From the NCBI RefSeq assembly GCF_963921235.1, contig NC_086097.1:87360001-87424000 (forward strand): a DNA stretch of 64,000 nucleotides. The letters are read 5' to 3'. The notes under the pieces are model-generated. The model was not told where the DNA came from. It worked only from the letters and a program-made list of their open reading frames with translations, and did no database searches. Of this stretch, positions 27,128 to 40,679 are shown in pieces. The stretch is from Mobula hypostoma. Lineage: Eukaryota. The position numbers and the translations under genes were made by a program. The stretch's first letter is position 1; every line of letters begins with the position of its first letter.

Positions 27128-27430
27128 ACAACCTTACCGTAGGGTTTGGAGGCTTGCGTGCCTCAATGTCTCAGAGAGCTATGTTGGCTGGAGTCAGGGC
27201 CTTGTGCTTTGACTGTCGGTAGGGTCACCCATGCCAATCAGGCCAAAGGGCAAAGGCCAGATTAAGAGTGGTCTTCCGGTCCTCCAGGTTCAGGGTTCAG
27301 CTCAGGGCTAACAACCCTGACTGGTCAAAAAACAATTGTTATGGAAACAGCGATGAAGAATCCTTCCATATAGTCAGAGATGGAGGACCTTCACTTCTGC
27401 TTAAATGCCAGTGGTGTACCAGGCAGTAAC
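27128..27430 (+). mobile_element. RTE (Rex3/Expander-like) 5'UTR-derived non-autonomous element
   Basis: caccttaccgt...gagctatgttgg...ggtagggtcacccatgccaa...gggctaacaaccc resembles the Expander-type 5'UTR as recalled. Confidence 0.6.
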
Positions 27431-27990
27431 CATCTCCACATAAGCTGCACAAAAGCATGGGATATACACAGTGAAGTTAATTAATACGCAACCCTCCTTT
27501 ACTTTGTTAATTGTATTGAACTCAGTTACACATCTATACGCAGCTACACAGAAGCCCTCCTTAGCAAATCATTTGAGGCGCAGTTCTAGACCATATGGTC
27601 CGTGGCTGTTAAAACCTGAACTATGGATTCTCTGACAGGAAACTCTTCTTTATTACTTGCTGCATGGTCCCACTTGTTGCTGCAAGTTTCATTCATTTGG
27701 TTGTAAATTGTTTGGCATAAACACTCACAGAAAACAAAGGGAACAATTGGTTTCTCATAGCATTTTGCAGCCAAAGAAGTTACTTGGAAATGTAGTCGTT
27801 CCAGTGAGGGAGAAAATCAGACTGTTTATATCCAATAATCTTGTGCAAATATCAGTGTAATGCTGGGCAGATGTTTAATTTCTTGTGGATTGGGAAATAA
27901 CATTGACAGGATTCCTCAGATAACTCTCCTTCATTTCAGGGCCTCAGTATAATACTTCATCCAAAAGAGTAACAGTGTGGCACTCCCATT

Positions 27991-28160
27991 GGGTGGCAGG
28001 GTGGAGATACTTCTCTACCAAAGGAGCTGTGAGGTGCTCCTTCCCTCTGCTAGCCTGCAGGTCACCCTTGAGCAAGGTGAGCACCTGCTTAGCCCCAAAC
28101 CCCCACCGAACAATCATGATCATAGGCCATGATCACTCACATCATAAAACACAGCACATA
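27991..28160 (+). mobile_element. RTE-related non-autonomous element, family copy 2, internally deleted
   Basis: First ~115 bp match 11069 onward, then jump to the tail 'aacaatcatgatc'. Confidence 0.72.
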
Positions 28161-28896
28161 ATGTTGATGACAATGGCCACTCTCTTGAGATTCAGCATTA
28201 GATAGGCCATTGCCTCCTCTGAGTAGCCAAGCTGGCAAAAACACTTTGAGGAACGGGAAAGAAAATTCCCAGATTTCTCACAATATTGAAGGAGGCTTTT
28301 TTAATACATCGTTTCTAGGCCTACTCATTAGAGCATTCCCATTTGACGCATTTCTCTACATGTTACCCTGCAACCTACTCTCTCTCAATTCCATTCTAAT
28401 AGAAAAACATAAATGCTAGAAAAATTCAGTTTCTGTGTAAAGAGAAACTAGTTAACGTTTCACATCATAAAACCTTGAAAAGAACTCAAGTTTGTTTTCC
28501 ATCTCCACCCTGGTTCTGCTATCACCCACATGTGTTAAGGGCCACCCTGTCTCTGGCACAAAGCACAGTATTTTTAAAGTGCACAGTCAAACAATTTCCA
28601 GAAGACAATATGCTCATTCAGAGGATGCCAAAGGTATTGGCAGGAGTACTGACTGTATAAAATAAAGCTGAGTAGAGAAATGCAACAGGTCAATTTTGGG
28701 AAGGAAGACAATAAATTTGAGTTTTAATTACATTTTGATTCTTTGTCATCCAGGACACAATGAAAAATACTGAGACAAAAATCTATACTAAAGTTTTACA
28801 AATGTTTTACTTTATCAAATAAAAAGTTAGCAAGTTTACATTATTTTTCAATTTTGCAATGATATCTTTGAGAGATATTGCTGTTTAATATTTTTC

Positions 28897-30750
28897 ACTT
28901 GCTGATGATGGTGATGAGAGGGCATACAGGTGCAAGATATACCAGCTAGTTGAGTGGTGTCTCAGTAACAAACTTGCACTCAATGTCAGTGAGACCAAAG
29001 AAATGATTGTGGATTCAGAAGGGATAACTTGAAGGAACATTCCCAGTCCTCATAGAGGGATCAGAAGTGGAGAAAGTGAGCAATTTCAAGTACCTCATTG
29101 TCAATATTCCTGAGAACCTAACCTGGACCCAACATATCACTGTGGCTATAAAGAAGGCAAGACCGTGGCTATATTTCGTTCAGAGTTTGAGGATATTTGG
29201 ACTGTCACCAAAAGCACTTGCAAATTTCTACAGATGTACCATGGAGAGCCTTTTAGCTGGCTGCTTCGCTGAGAGAGTGCGGCTACAGCACAGGATTAAG
29301 TAAGCTGCAAAGAGTTGTAAAATTAGCCAGTTCCATCAAGGGCACTAGCCTATGTAGTGTCCAGATCATCTTCAAGAAGCAGTACCTCAGAAGGGCAGCA
29401 TCCATCATTAAGGACCCCCAGCACCCAGGACATGCCCTCTTCTCAATGCTACCATCATGAAGGAGGTACAGAAGTCTGAAGGCACACACTGAATGATTCA
29501 GGAACAGCTTCTTCCCCTCTGCCATCCAATTTCTAATCCATGAACGGTGCCTCACTATTTTTTGCAAATTCCCTGTTTTTTTGCACTACCAATTTAATTT
29601 AACTGTTTAAAATATACTTACTATACTTACTGTAATTTAGATTTCTTTTTCCTCTCTATTATCATGTGCATTTGTATCATTAACCCTATTATCAAGGCTG
29701 TGTACTCAGCCCTCTGCTGTACTCACCGTACACCCATGATTGTGTAGCCAAGTTTCCATCAAACTCAATGTATGAGTTTGTTGATGACACAACAATTGTA
29801 GGCCGTATCACGGGTAATGATGAGTTTGAGTGCAGAGAGAAAATTAAGAACCTGGTGGCATGGTGCGAAGACAATAACCTATCCCTCAACGTCAGCAAGA
29901 CGAAGGAATTGGTTGTTGACTTCAGAAGGAGTAGCGGACCGCACGACCCAATTTACATCAGTGGTGCGCAAGTTGAACGGGTCAAAGGCTTTAAGTTCCT
30001 CAGGGTCAATAATGACCTGACTTGGTCCAAACAAGCAGAGTCCGCTGCCAAGAAGGCCCACCAGCACCTTTACTTCCTGAGAAAACTAAAGAAATTTGGC
30101 CTGTCCCCTAAAACCCTCACTAATTATTATAGATGCACCGTAGAGAGCATTCTTCTAGGGTGCATCACAACCTGATATGGAAGTTGTCCTATCCAATACC
30201 GGAAGAAGCTGCAGAAGATCGTGAACACGGCGCAGCACATCACACAAACCAAACTTCCATCCTTGGACTCGCTTTGCACCACATGCTGTCGGAGCAGTGC
30301 TGCCAGGATAATCAAGGACACGACCCACCCAGCCAACACACTTTTCATCCCTCTTCCCTCTGGGAGAAAGCTCAGGAGCTTGAAGACTCATACAGCCAGA
30401 TTTAGGAACAGCTTCTTTCCAACTGTGATAAGACTGCTGAACGGATCCTGACCCAGATCTGGGCCATACCTTCCAAATATCCGGACCTGCATCTCTTTTT
30501 TTTGCACTACCTTACTTTCCATTTTTCTATTTCCTATTTATGATTTATAATTTAAATTTTTAATATTTACTATCGATTTGTAATCCCGGGAGCAGAAAGC
30601 ACAGAATCAAATATCGCTATGATGATTGTACGTTCTAGTATCAATTGTTTGGCGACAATAAAGTATAAAGTATTGCATTGTACTGCTGCCACAAAATTAA
30701 CAAATTTCACAATATATGCCAGTGATATTAAACCTGATTCAGATTCTGGT
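28897..30750 (+). mobile_element. Older Rex1/Babar 3' fragment (28897-29690, 30670-30750) hosting a younger copy
   Basis: EKVSNFKYL, LSPKALANFYRCTMES; the 3'UTR resumes after 30670. Confidence 0.8.
29692..30672 (+). mobile_element. Rex1/Babar LINE 3' part (RT end), (AAAGTAT)n tail
   Basis: QGCVLSPLLY, FVDDTTIVG, LSLNVSKTKEL, YRCTVESIL. Confidence 0.92.
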
Positions 30751-31630
30751 CTCCTGACTAATTTTGCAATGTTGTTCCAGAAACAGTTGGCTGCCACCAT
30801 TTTCAAAAATTGTATAACACTACTCAATCCCATCAGGGTTTATTCAATCCTTTAATTTGTGGCCTTTTAAACACCAAACTCAAATCTTCTAACAGTTTCT
30901 TTCATATTTTATTTTTAACTTTTTTCATCAGTTGGCTTAAGTTTTTGAAAGAAATTTGAAAAGGACCAACCACCAGTCCATGACACGCATGAATTTCCAT
31001 TTCATGGCATCTAATTGCATTTTGACTAGGTGCTTTACCTCTTTTTATTTCACTGCACAAATCATTGTACAGTTTTGTACGAGCGCAATCTGTGAATCAG
31101 AATTCCACAGATTACTGAAGACACTAAGAGGAAACAGAAAAAGAAATACGTACAGTAAAAAATAGGTTTCTAATGTAACAGAAAGCTGGACTGAATACAA
31201 AAAATACAGTAAAAGAGAACAAGAGACACTGAAACTGAAAGTAAGTAAAACAAATAAAACAAAATGGAATATCAGGGACTTTTATAAAGGTAGAAATAGA
31301 AACAGCACAGTTGAATCAAGGATGAAAAAGGAGATCTTCGAGGCAATGCTGACGTACTGAATAAGTTCTGTGCATCTGTCTCCATAAAAGGAAATGCTGC
31401 TAAGGACATAGTAAAAGAGGCAGTGGAAATTGCAAAGGAATAAAGAGAATGACTTAGAAATTCTAATACAATGCAGCATTTAGATACACTGAGCAACAGA
31501 ATTTTGTTGAAAATCTGCTGAAAATGGTTAGCAACATATGCACTAGTCATTAATTTATTTCAGATTCCTACATTCATATGAGACTTTCATAGATGGAGAT
31601 GTGGGGTATGCATATTGATATCCAAAAGAG

Positions 31631-32173
31631 GCTCAGAGGCTACTTTATTAGGTACACCTGTACAGCTGCTCATTAATGCAAATATCTAATAAGCCAATCA
31701 TGTGGTAGCAACTTAATGCATTAAAGCATGCAGACATGGTCAAGAGGCATAGTTGTTGTCAAATAAGACATCACAATGATGAATAAATGGGATCTATGTG
31801 ACTTTAATCATGGAATGATTATTGGTGCCAGACAGGTGGTTTGAGTATCTCAGGAACAGCTGATCTCCTGGGATTTCCACCCACAACATTCTCCAAAGTT
31901 TACAGAGAACGTTGTGAAAACAAAAGGTATCCAGTGATCAGCAGTTCTGTGGGTGAACATGCCTTGTTAATGAGAGAAATCAGAGGAGAATGGCCATACT
32001 GGTTCAAGCTGACAGGAAGGCAACAGTAACTCAAATAACCAAGAGCTACAATAGTGGAGTGCAGAAGACAATTTCTGAACACACAACACATCAAACCTTG
32101 AAGTGGATAGGCTACAGCAGCAGAAGACCACACCAGGTTCCACTCACATATCTAATGAAGAGGTCAGTGAGTT
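31631..32173 (+). mobile_element. Degenerate non-autonomous Tc1/mariner element
   Basis: Imperfect TIRs ctcagaggctactttattaggtac / tatctaatgaagaggtcagtgag; HTH remnants SISGTADLLGF and ADRKATVTQIT..YNSG.QKTISEHT. Confidence 0.75.
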
Positions 32174-32194
32174 TACTTTGTATTACAAAAGAAG

Positions 32195-32500
32195 TTTTCC
32201 CAGGGCTGAAATGGCTAGCACGAGAGGGCACAGTTTTAAGGTGCTTGGAAGTAGGTATAGAGGAGATGTCAGGGGTAAGTTTTTTACACAGAGAGTGGTG
32301 AGTGCATGGAATGGGCTGCTGGTGACAGTGGTGGAGGCAGATACGATAGGGTCTTTCAAGAGACTCCTGGATAGGTATATGGAGCTTAGGAAAATAGATG
32401 GCTATGGGTAACCCAAAGTAATTTCTGAAGTAAGGACATGTTCGGCACAGGTTTGTGGGCCGAAGGGCCTGTATTGTGCTGTAGGTTTTCAATGTTTCTA
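32195..32500 (+). mobile_element. CR1 3' end
   Basis: TRGHSFKV...GKFFTQRVVSAWNGL. Confidence 0.9.
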
Positions 32501-35019
32501 AGTTTACTTTTTAAATTAAAGAACTACATAAGTGACATTGGTGCTATGTACTGAAAAAATGTTCCTGCACTACTAATGTATAGTAATATATTTTAAATGT
32601 AATAAAATGGTACATGCATAAACCACGCTATCAATGTAAAGGGCAATATATTGTATTTTTATTTTGTACTTGTATATATATTCTTAATAATAATTAAGTT
32701 TATTCTTAAATAAAAAACACAACTCTTTCTCAGTCAGATGTCCTAGCATGATTGCAATCTTAAAAGTGACGACACAACTCCTCCCCAACACATCACAACC
32801 ATTATACTGCTTCACCAACAGATCCTGTCCTTGACCTCCTCTCACCACAGCAACTGATCATAAACTCTGACAATCTAACACAATCCTTGAGATCCTAAAT
32901 CTATACTAACCAAAGCCCCTATCCTGCCGTCCTCTTTCCTGGGTCTCTTGTCAGCTGGAATCTCAGCATGCTCTGCAATCCCAAACTATGTGGTTTCCTC
33001 CCATGGTCAACTAAGTTGAGAAATTAACCATGTGAAGCCTATGCTGTTATATCTGGTGCCTTGATTATCAGTTCAGCAGTCACACCATTGGTAGTTGAAT
33101 TATTCACTACACATGTTGGAAAATCATACTTAAGATGTTAGTGCAGCTGTTGTGAATCATGGAATGCAATTCCTTAAATAAAACAGTTTTGCGAAAATTG
33201 TTATTAAATTTGAATTCTTTTCTCCCCATGAAACATTCTTTGAAGAAATGTGAAGTCTTTGGTGGCTTCTCTGGGTAAGCCATGCAGCTTGCTAAAGAAG
33301 GCAGAAAGAACATCCAGGAGATTCAGCCAGAAATGAAAGCAGAAGTGAATAATAACACAGAAGAGTCTAATGGAAAGCTTTGGTGGGTACAGCCAATGCA
33401 GTTATAAAAGTTGGCAGAAGTTCTGCTTTCCAGTGGTGGAAGAATTTGTAGTTGTAAGGTGCAAAAGGCTGGGGGAGTTTGAAAAATTAAGACAAGGCAA
33501 ATTGATCTTATTTACTTCAATGCAGAGGGAAAATGAATATTGATATGAACACGTAATTGGAGGAATGAAGGGAGATTTGGGTAAGGATGGAGACAATTCC
33601 AAGCTTGTGACAAGGGACACCGAAGAAACTGAACGTTGAAGTTACCAAAAAGAATGGATAAACTTTTCAAAGAATTAAACAAAGTCTAGCATTGAGAAAA
33701 CGCAACATAACTTTGAAGGTTATGAAATATTGTCTTGTGTACTGCCAAATTCCATGAGATTAAATGCAATATTATTTGGAACTCACCTTCTTTCAGTGGC
33801 AAGCATTATCCCACGTCAGACAGATTATATAGGAGAAGAGTTTTATCATTATGACAGTGGTATTTGTCTTAAAAAAAACCTAAATTCTTCTGTTTTCTGT
33901 GTTTGGACTATTAGAGCCCTGAGTTTATGGTTCTGTTCTCACTCTTCTTGATTTTTGAGAGTTCAGTTGACATTTTGACAATATTTTCAGCTTAAGCTCT
34001 AATGAAGTGGAGAATTCCTTCAGGCCTGCCCTGGATATTGCATCAAAACATGAATGATCTCAATGTCACTTGTGCACTCAAGGTATGATTTGTTAATTCT
34101 GCTACATCCCCCCTAAGCAGCTATCATATTTAAAAGTTTTCAATCTAACCTCCATGAGTGTTAGAAGACGTTGATCAGACAGGATGTACCTTTCACCATC
34201 ATCAAGACTGTTTGTCAGACCTTCAGGCTTCTTATAGAATATTGTTCTCTTATCCAGAAGTGTTTTTTGGTGTAACTGACCTGTTTAACTTTGGCACTAT
34301 GTCAGTGAAGCCTCTGCCTGAGGGTGACTTAGCAGTTCCAGACAGAGCTTAGTGAAGGATTCAATATAGAGTGAAGCTAGGCTTTGTTTGTGTATAAAGA
34401 ATAAAGGACATGTTGCTTCAGAATTCCCCTGGAGTCCAATGTGATTACTTTTGGCAGTGAGAATGAAAATCAATGGATCTGTCCCCATTAGGCATACCAT
34501 TGAACATCAAGTTACTTTCAAAGTTCAAGAAGTGTACTTATTATCGAAGTGCATATATATATATCACTATATACAGTTCTGAGATCCATTTTCTTGTGGA
34601 CATTCTCAATAAATCTATAGAATAATAACCATAATAGAATGAATGAAAGATCACCCAACTTGGGCATTCAACCAGGGTGCAGAAGACAACAAACTGTGTA
34701 AATACAAAAAGGGAAAAAGAATAATAATGAATAAATAAGCAATAAATCTCGAGAGCGTGAGATGAAGAGTCTTTCAAAGTGAGTCAATAGGTTGTGAGAA
34801 CATGTCAATGAGGCAAAAAGAATCCCAATGTGAATGCATGGCAGTATAGATATCCTTATCTCTATACCCAGTTCAGAGTACTGCTCTCATTCTTGGGCAC
34901 CAAGATCAAAATAGTTACTTTGGGCTTAGACTGGCTGAATCTGAATGATCTCAGAGCGAGCAATGTTAAGTTAAGAGCACAGGTGCTATTTACCAGTGTC
35001 CCATTGAATTGACTATATT

Positions 35020-35575
35020 ACTTAAATCCTTCATATACATGACGAGTAAAAGTCTTTACATTACATCTCTGTCTAAATGTGCAATGTGCAATTTATAGTA
35101 ATTTATAATAAATGGTATGTACAAAAAAAACAGGACAGTCAATGTAACATAAAAGTACAATTGTATCAGCGTGAATTAATCAGTCTGATGGACTGTTGGT
35201 CCTGGCTTTTATGCTGCAGTACCGTTTCCAGGATGGTGGCACCTGGAACAGTTTGTGGCTGGGGTGGCACAGGTCCCCAATGACGCTTTGGGCCCTTTTT
35301 ACACACCTGTCACTGTGAATGTCCTGAATAGTGGGAAGTTCACATCTACAGATGTGCTGAGCTGTCCACATCACTCTCTGCAGAGTCCTGCGATTGAGGG
35401 AACTACAGTTCCCATACCAGTCAGGATGCTCTCAATTGTGTCCCTGTAGAAAGTTCTTAGGATTTGAAGGCCCATACCAAATCTCTTCAACTGTCCGAGG
35501 TGAAAGAGGCGCTGTTGTGCCTATTTCACCACACAGCCGGTATGTACAGACCACGCGAGATCCTCGGTGATCTGC
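35020..35575 (-). mobile_element. Rex1/Babar 3' fragment
   Basis: AQHICRCELPTIQDI...HPSHKLFQVPPS. Confidence 0.8.
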
Positions 35576-35774
35576 ATGCCAATGAATACATTGTCTTAAA
35601 TGTGTCTATTGTCTATTGTCTCAAATTTGGAATATTAAGGGGTGGCTTAAATCAGGCATTTAAGATGATGGAAGGAGATACTAGGATAAACAGAAGGAAA
35701 ATATTTTCTGTGGCAAGCCACACTGCCTGGTGGATTTGTGAAAAAGATGGATTTTTGACAAGTTGGCAATTTTT

Positions 35775-37175
35775 ATGTGGCACCCGACAAATCACTCCCC
35801 AGAAGCTGATGGGAAATCTGTCCTTGTTGGGTCTCAACACTTCCATCTATAACTGGATCTCAGACTTTTCAAACAAAGAGACCTCAGACCAAGGGTTCCC
35901 AACCTGGGGTCCATGGTGCCCTTGGATAATGATAGGGGTCTACAGCATAAAAAGGTTGGGAACTGTTGCCTAAGACAGTTCATATTGGCAGCAACATCAC
36001 AAGCCCCCTCACCCCAGGCGGCGTGCTTAGCCTGCTGCTGTTCACACTGCTAGCGCAGGAATGTGCTGCCAAGTCCAGTTCTAACCACATCATTAAGTTT
36101 GCTAATGACACGACAGTGGGTTGGTCTATCGGCAACAGTGATGAAACAGTGCACAAGGAGGACGTACAGCAACTTGTGGACTGGCAGAAATACAACACCT
36201 GAGTCTCAACATGGACAAGGCTAAAGAGATGATTGTGGACTTCAGGAAGATCCAGGCTGACCACTCCCTACTGCATGTCAAAGGCTTCGCTGTGGAGAGA
36301 GTCAAGATGACAAAGTTTCTTGTCGTGCACATAACAGACTACCTCAGGTGATCCCTCAACACCACCTCTTTGGCCAAGAGAGCACAGCAGCGCCTCCACC
36401 TCCTGAGGAGACTGAGGTAAGTGAAGCACCCCCGCCCCATTCTCACCACATTCCACTGGAGCTCCATTGAGAGAGTCCTGACCAGCTGCATCACCATCTA
36501 GTGTGGGAGTTGCAATGCATCAGACCTCAAGACCCTGCAACGGATAGTGAGGACTGCTGAAAGTATCATTGGGGTCTCTCTCCCCCACCCCCATCATTCA
36601 GGACATGCTGCATTTACAGTGCCGCCAGCATTGTTAAAGGCCTCTCCCATCCTTCTCAAAATGTCCTTGACTTCCTGCCATCAGGCAGAAGGTACTGTCG
36701 CATAAGAACCAGAACTGTCAGGCTGGGTAACAGTTTCTTCCCTGAGGCTGCTAGACTTCTTAACATCCTGCTGCCACCCAATATGTATGTACACCCTGTC
36801 TGAATGCCCTGCTGCCTCCCTGCACCTCCACTCCCCAAATCAGACATACTCTCATCCCGCACTGGTCAGTTTTCATCTTTCATTGTGCTGTTTCACATAT
36901 TTATACCACTGCTTGTTTTATTGGAATAGTGCCAGTAACGTTATCTGTCTTACAGAAACATGTGCCTCACACTTTAAGTTAACCTGTTGACCTTCAGACC
37001 ATGTCACTCAGGGACTTCAGTTAATGTTATTCTGTGACTGTGTGCTGGATCGTAACTGTATGTGCTGTGTCTGACGACATGTACTGTGCTTTGCACCTTG
37101 GCCCCACAGGAACCATGCTACATTTAGCTATTTACGGGTGTATAGTTGAATGACAATAAACTTGAACTAGAATTT
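35775..37175 (+). mobile_element. Rex1/Babar RT and 3' fragment with a nested hAT MITE
   Basis: IYNWISDF, GVLSLLLFTL, IIKFANDTT; AATAAA plus (CTTGAA) tail at about 37155. Confidence 0.85.
35890..35968. mobile_element. ~79-bp hAT/Charlie-type MITE with 8-bp TSD
   Basis: TIRs caagggttcccaacct / aggttgggaactgttg; TSD cct(c/a)agac at 35882-35889 and 35969-35976. Confidence 0.8.
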
Positions 37176-37357
37176 GAATAAGGGTTATGGGAAACACTCC
37201 AAATTTAATTTGATGGGAATCCTACTCATAGCCTTGGGGTTCCTAGTCTATTAATGTTTTCATTATATGGTACCGAATCTAATTCTTGGGAAGAGAACTG
37301 CATCTCTAGAGCTGCCACAACTTGTATCCTCACAAAGCACCCTTGTATAAGACTGTA

Positions 37358-37420
37358 AGACAATAGACAATAGAGAATAGGTGCAGGAGTAGGCCATTCG
37401 GCCATTCGAGCCAGCACCGC
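37358..37420 (-). mobile_element. ~60-bp 3' tip of CR1 family A abutting the tail of CR1 family B
   Basis: Matches 2645-2700. Confidence 0.85.
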
Positions 37421-40270
37421 ACATAAGATATAGGAGCAGAAGTAGGCCATTCGGCCCTCTAGTCTGCTCTGACATTCAATCAAGGGCTGATCCAATTCTT
37501 TCAGTCACCATCACTCCCCTGCCTTCACACCATACCCTTTGATGCCCTGGCTAATCAAGAACCTATCTATTTCTGCCTTAAATGCACCCAATGTCTTGAC
37601 CTTCACAGCCACTCATGGCAACAAATTCCACAGATTTACCACTCTCTGACTAAAGAAATTTCTCTGCATCTCCATTCTAAATGGACGTCCTTCAATCCTG
37701 AAGTTGTGCCCTCTTGTCCTAGAATCCCTTACCATAGGAAATAACTTTGCCATATCTAATCTGTTCAGGCCTTTTAACATTCAGAATATTTCTATGAGAT
37801 CCCCCCTCATTCTCCTGAACTCCAGGGAATACAGCCCAAGACCTGCCAGACATTCCTTATACGGTAACCCTCTTATTCCTGGAATCATTCTTATGAATCT
37901 TCTCTGAACCCTCTCCAATATCAGTATATCCTTTCTAAAATAAGGAGCTCAAAACTGCTCACAATACTCTAAGTGTGGTCTCACGAGTGCCTTATAGAGC
38001 CTCAACGTCACATCCCTGCTCTTATATTCTAGGCAGGAGAGGAGAAGATGGCGGCCCGACGCAGTGCGAGCAGCCGCTCCGAAATGATATTGGTATTTGT
38101 TAAGTAGGTACCGTGCACAGTCCTGATTTGATGGAGACGGACATGAGAAGCACGGAGGAACATCTGGAGAAACTTCTGAAATGCCTGCTTTGAAGCCGCT
38201 GCTACTGTGCGATCGAGAATCTCCGGAGGGGAAGGCCCCAAATCCTTGGCTTTGCCTGTGGCTTGGCGGCTGGGGCCGGGGTCGAAGCGCTCGGCAGAGA
38301 TGGTGCTCGGTGTCGGAGGGCTGGTCAGAGACTCGACGTTTTCGGACGGACTTAAGAGTCGGCTGTGGTCAAGTGTTTCCAGGGTGCTGCATCGGCAAGT
38401 TTGCGGCACTGGAGGTTCATGGCAGGGAGAGTTTTTCTTCCTTCTACCGTCTGCGTGAGATGATGGGACTTTCGAGAGACTTCGAGACTTTTTTTTACCG
38501 TGCCCATGGTCTGTTCTTCATCAAATTACGCTATTGCTTTGCACTGTTGTAACTATATGTTATAATTATGTGGTTTTTGTCAGTTTTTTAGTCTTGGTTT
38601 GTCTTGTGTTTCTGTGATATCATATTGGAGGAACATTGTATCATTTATTAATGCATGCATTACTAAATGACAATAAAAGAGGACTGTGTGTCCTCATAAT
38701 CTAATCTAAATCTAAATATACCTCTAGAAATGAATACCAACATTGCATTCACCTTCTTCACAACCGACTCATCCTAGAGGTTAACCTTTAGGGTATCTTG
38801 CACATGGACTCCCAAGTCCCTTTGCATCTCTGCATTTTGAATTCTCTCCCCATCTAAATAATAGTCTACCCGTTTATTTCTTCCACCAAAGTGCATGACC
38901 ATATGCTTTCCAACATTGTATTTCATTTGCCACTTCTTTGCCCATTCCCCTAAACTTTCTAAGTCTCTCTGCAGGCTCTCTGTTTCCTCAACACTATCCG
39001 CTCCTCCACCTATCTTTGTATCAGCTGCAAATTTAGCCACAAATCCATTAATGCTGTAGTCCAAATCATTGACATACATCGTAAAAAGCAGCGGTCCCAA
39101 CACCAACCCCTCTGGAACTCCACTGGTAACCTGCAGCCAGCCAGAATAGGATCCCTTTACTCCCACTCTCTGTTTTCTGCCAACCAGCCAATGTTCCACC
39201 CATGCTAGTAACTTCCCTGTAATTCCATGGGCTCTTATCTTGCTAAGTAGCCTCATGTGTGGCACCTTGTCAAAGGCCTTCTAAAATCCAACTACACCAC
39301 GTCTACTGTTTCTCCTGTGTCTACCCTGCTTGTAATTTCCTCAAAGAATTGCAGTAAGTTTGTCAGACAGGATTTTCCTTTCAGGAAACCATGCTGGCTT
39401 TGGCCTATCTTGTCATGTGCCTCCAGGTAGTCCATAATCTCATCCCTAACAATTGATTCCAACAATTTCCCAACCACTAATGTCAGGCTAACAGGTCTAT
39501 AGTTTCCTTTCTGCTGCCTCCCATCCTTCTTAAATAGTGGAGTAACATTTGCAATTTTCCAGTCATCCAGTACAATGCCAGAATCTATCGATTCTTGAAA
39601 GATCATTGTTAATGCCTTCGCAATCTCTCCAGCTACTTCCTTCAGAACCCAAGGGTGCATTCCATCAGGTCCAGGAGAGTTATCCACCTTCAGACCATTA
39701 AGCTTCCTGACCACCTTCTCAGGCGTAATTTTCACTGCACAAATTTCATTTTCCTGATTCTCTTGAATGTCTGGTATACTGCAGACATCTTCCACTGTGA
39801 AGACTGATGCAAAATACGCATTCAGTTCCTCTGCCGTCTCTGCATCTCTCATTACAATATCTCCAGTGTCATTTTGTATTGGTCCTATATCTACCCTTGA
39901 CTGTCTTTTACCCTTTATATATTTAAAAAAGCTTTTTGTATCTTCTTTGATATTAATCGCCAGCTTCCTTTTATCATTCATCTTTTCCTTCCTAATGACC
40001 TTCTTAGTTTCCTTCTGCAAGTTTTTAAAAGCTCCCCAATCCTCTGTCTTCCCACTAGCTCTGGCTTCCTTGTATGCCCTCTCTTTTGCTTTTACTTTGG
40101 CTCTGACTTCTCTTTTCAGTCAAGGTAGTGTCCTTCTTCCCTTTGAAAATTTCTTCTTATTTAGAATATATCTGTCTTGCACTTCCCTCATTTTTCACAG
40201 AAACTCCAGCCATTGCTGCTCTGCTGTCCTTCCTGCAAATGTCCCTTTCCAGTCAACCTCAGCCAGTTCC
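37421..40270 (-). mobile_element. CR1 LINE (family B), 5'-truncated RT region
   Basis: ORFs 39292-40020 (SPGPDG, NYRPVSL, KSCLTNLL) and 38774-39265; interrupted at 38030-38716. Confidence 0.95.
38030..38716 (+). mobile_element. ~685-bp non-coding non-autonomous retroelement, copy 1
   Basis: GAGGAGAAGATGGCG 5' end, CpG-rich body, AATAAA plus (AATCT)n tail; homologous to 46276-46932. Confidence 0.8.
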
Positions 40271-40679
40271 GTTCATATATATACACACACACTTTATACT
40301 AAGTTTTCTCATTGTCCTATGAGTTTTCTGTTTTCTGCTATAAACACCAGCTGCTCAATCTGTGTTGAATGGAACCTATGTTGAGTTTGTGTGAAATAAA
40401 AAGAAATTTAAGTGCTTAGCCTTGGGCCAAATTCAGATTAGACACTGTTGTATTTAATTTTATATCTAAATTGACATCTGTTCTCTTCTGTTGTGCTCAA
40501 GTTCCTTCATGGCTTTGGTCCTGCCCTAACCCTAATCCATTTTTATAAATTCCCCCTGATCAACCCACACTCCTCAATTATCCCTTCATCTGAGTCTGTG
40601 ATATTGGAAAAATAGTATTCAATTCCATGTTGAATTGTGAAAATGATTCTTTCAGATGATTCTTTCCTTTGCTGCTGCC

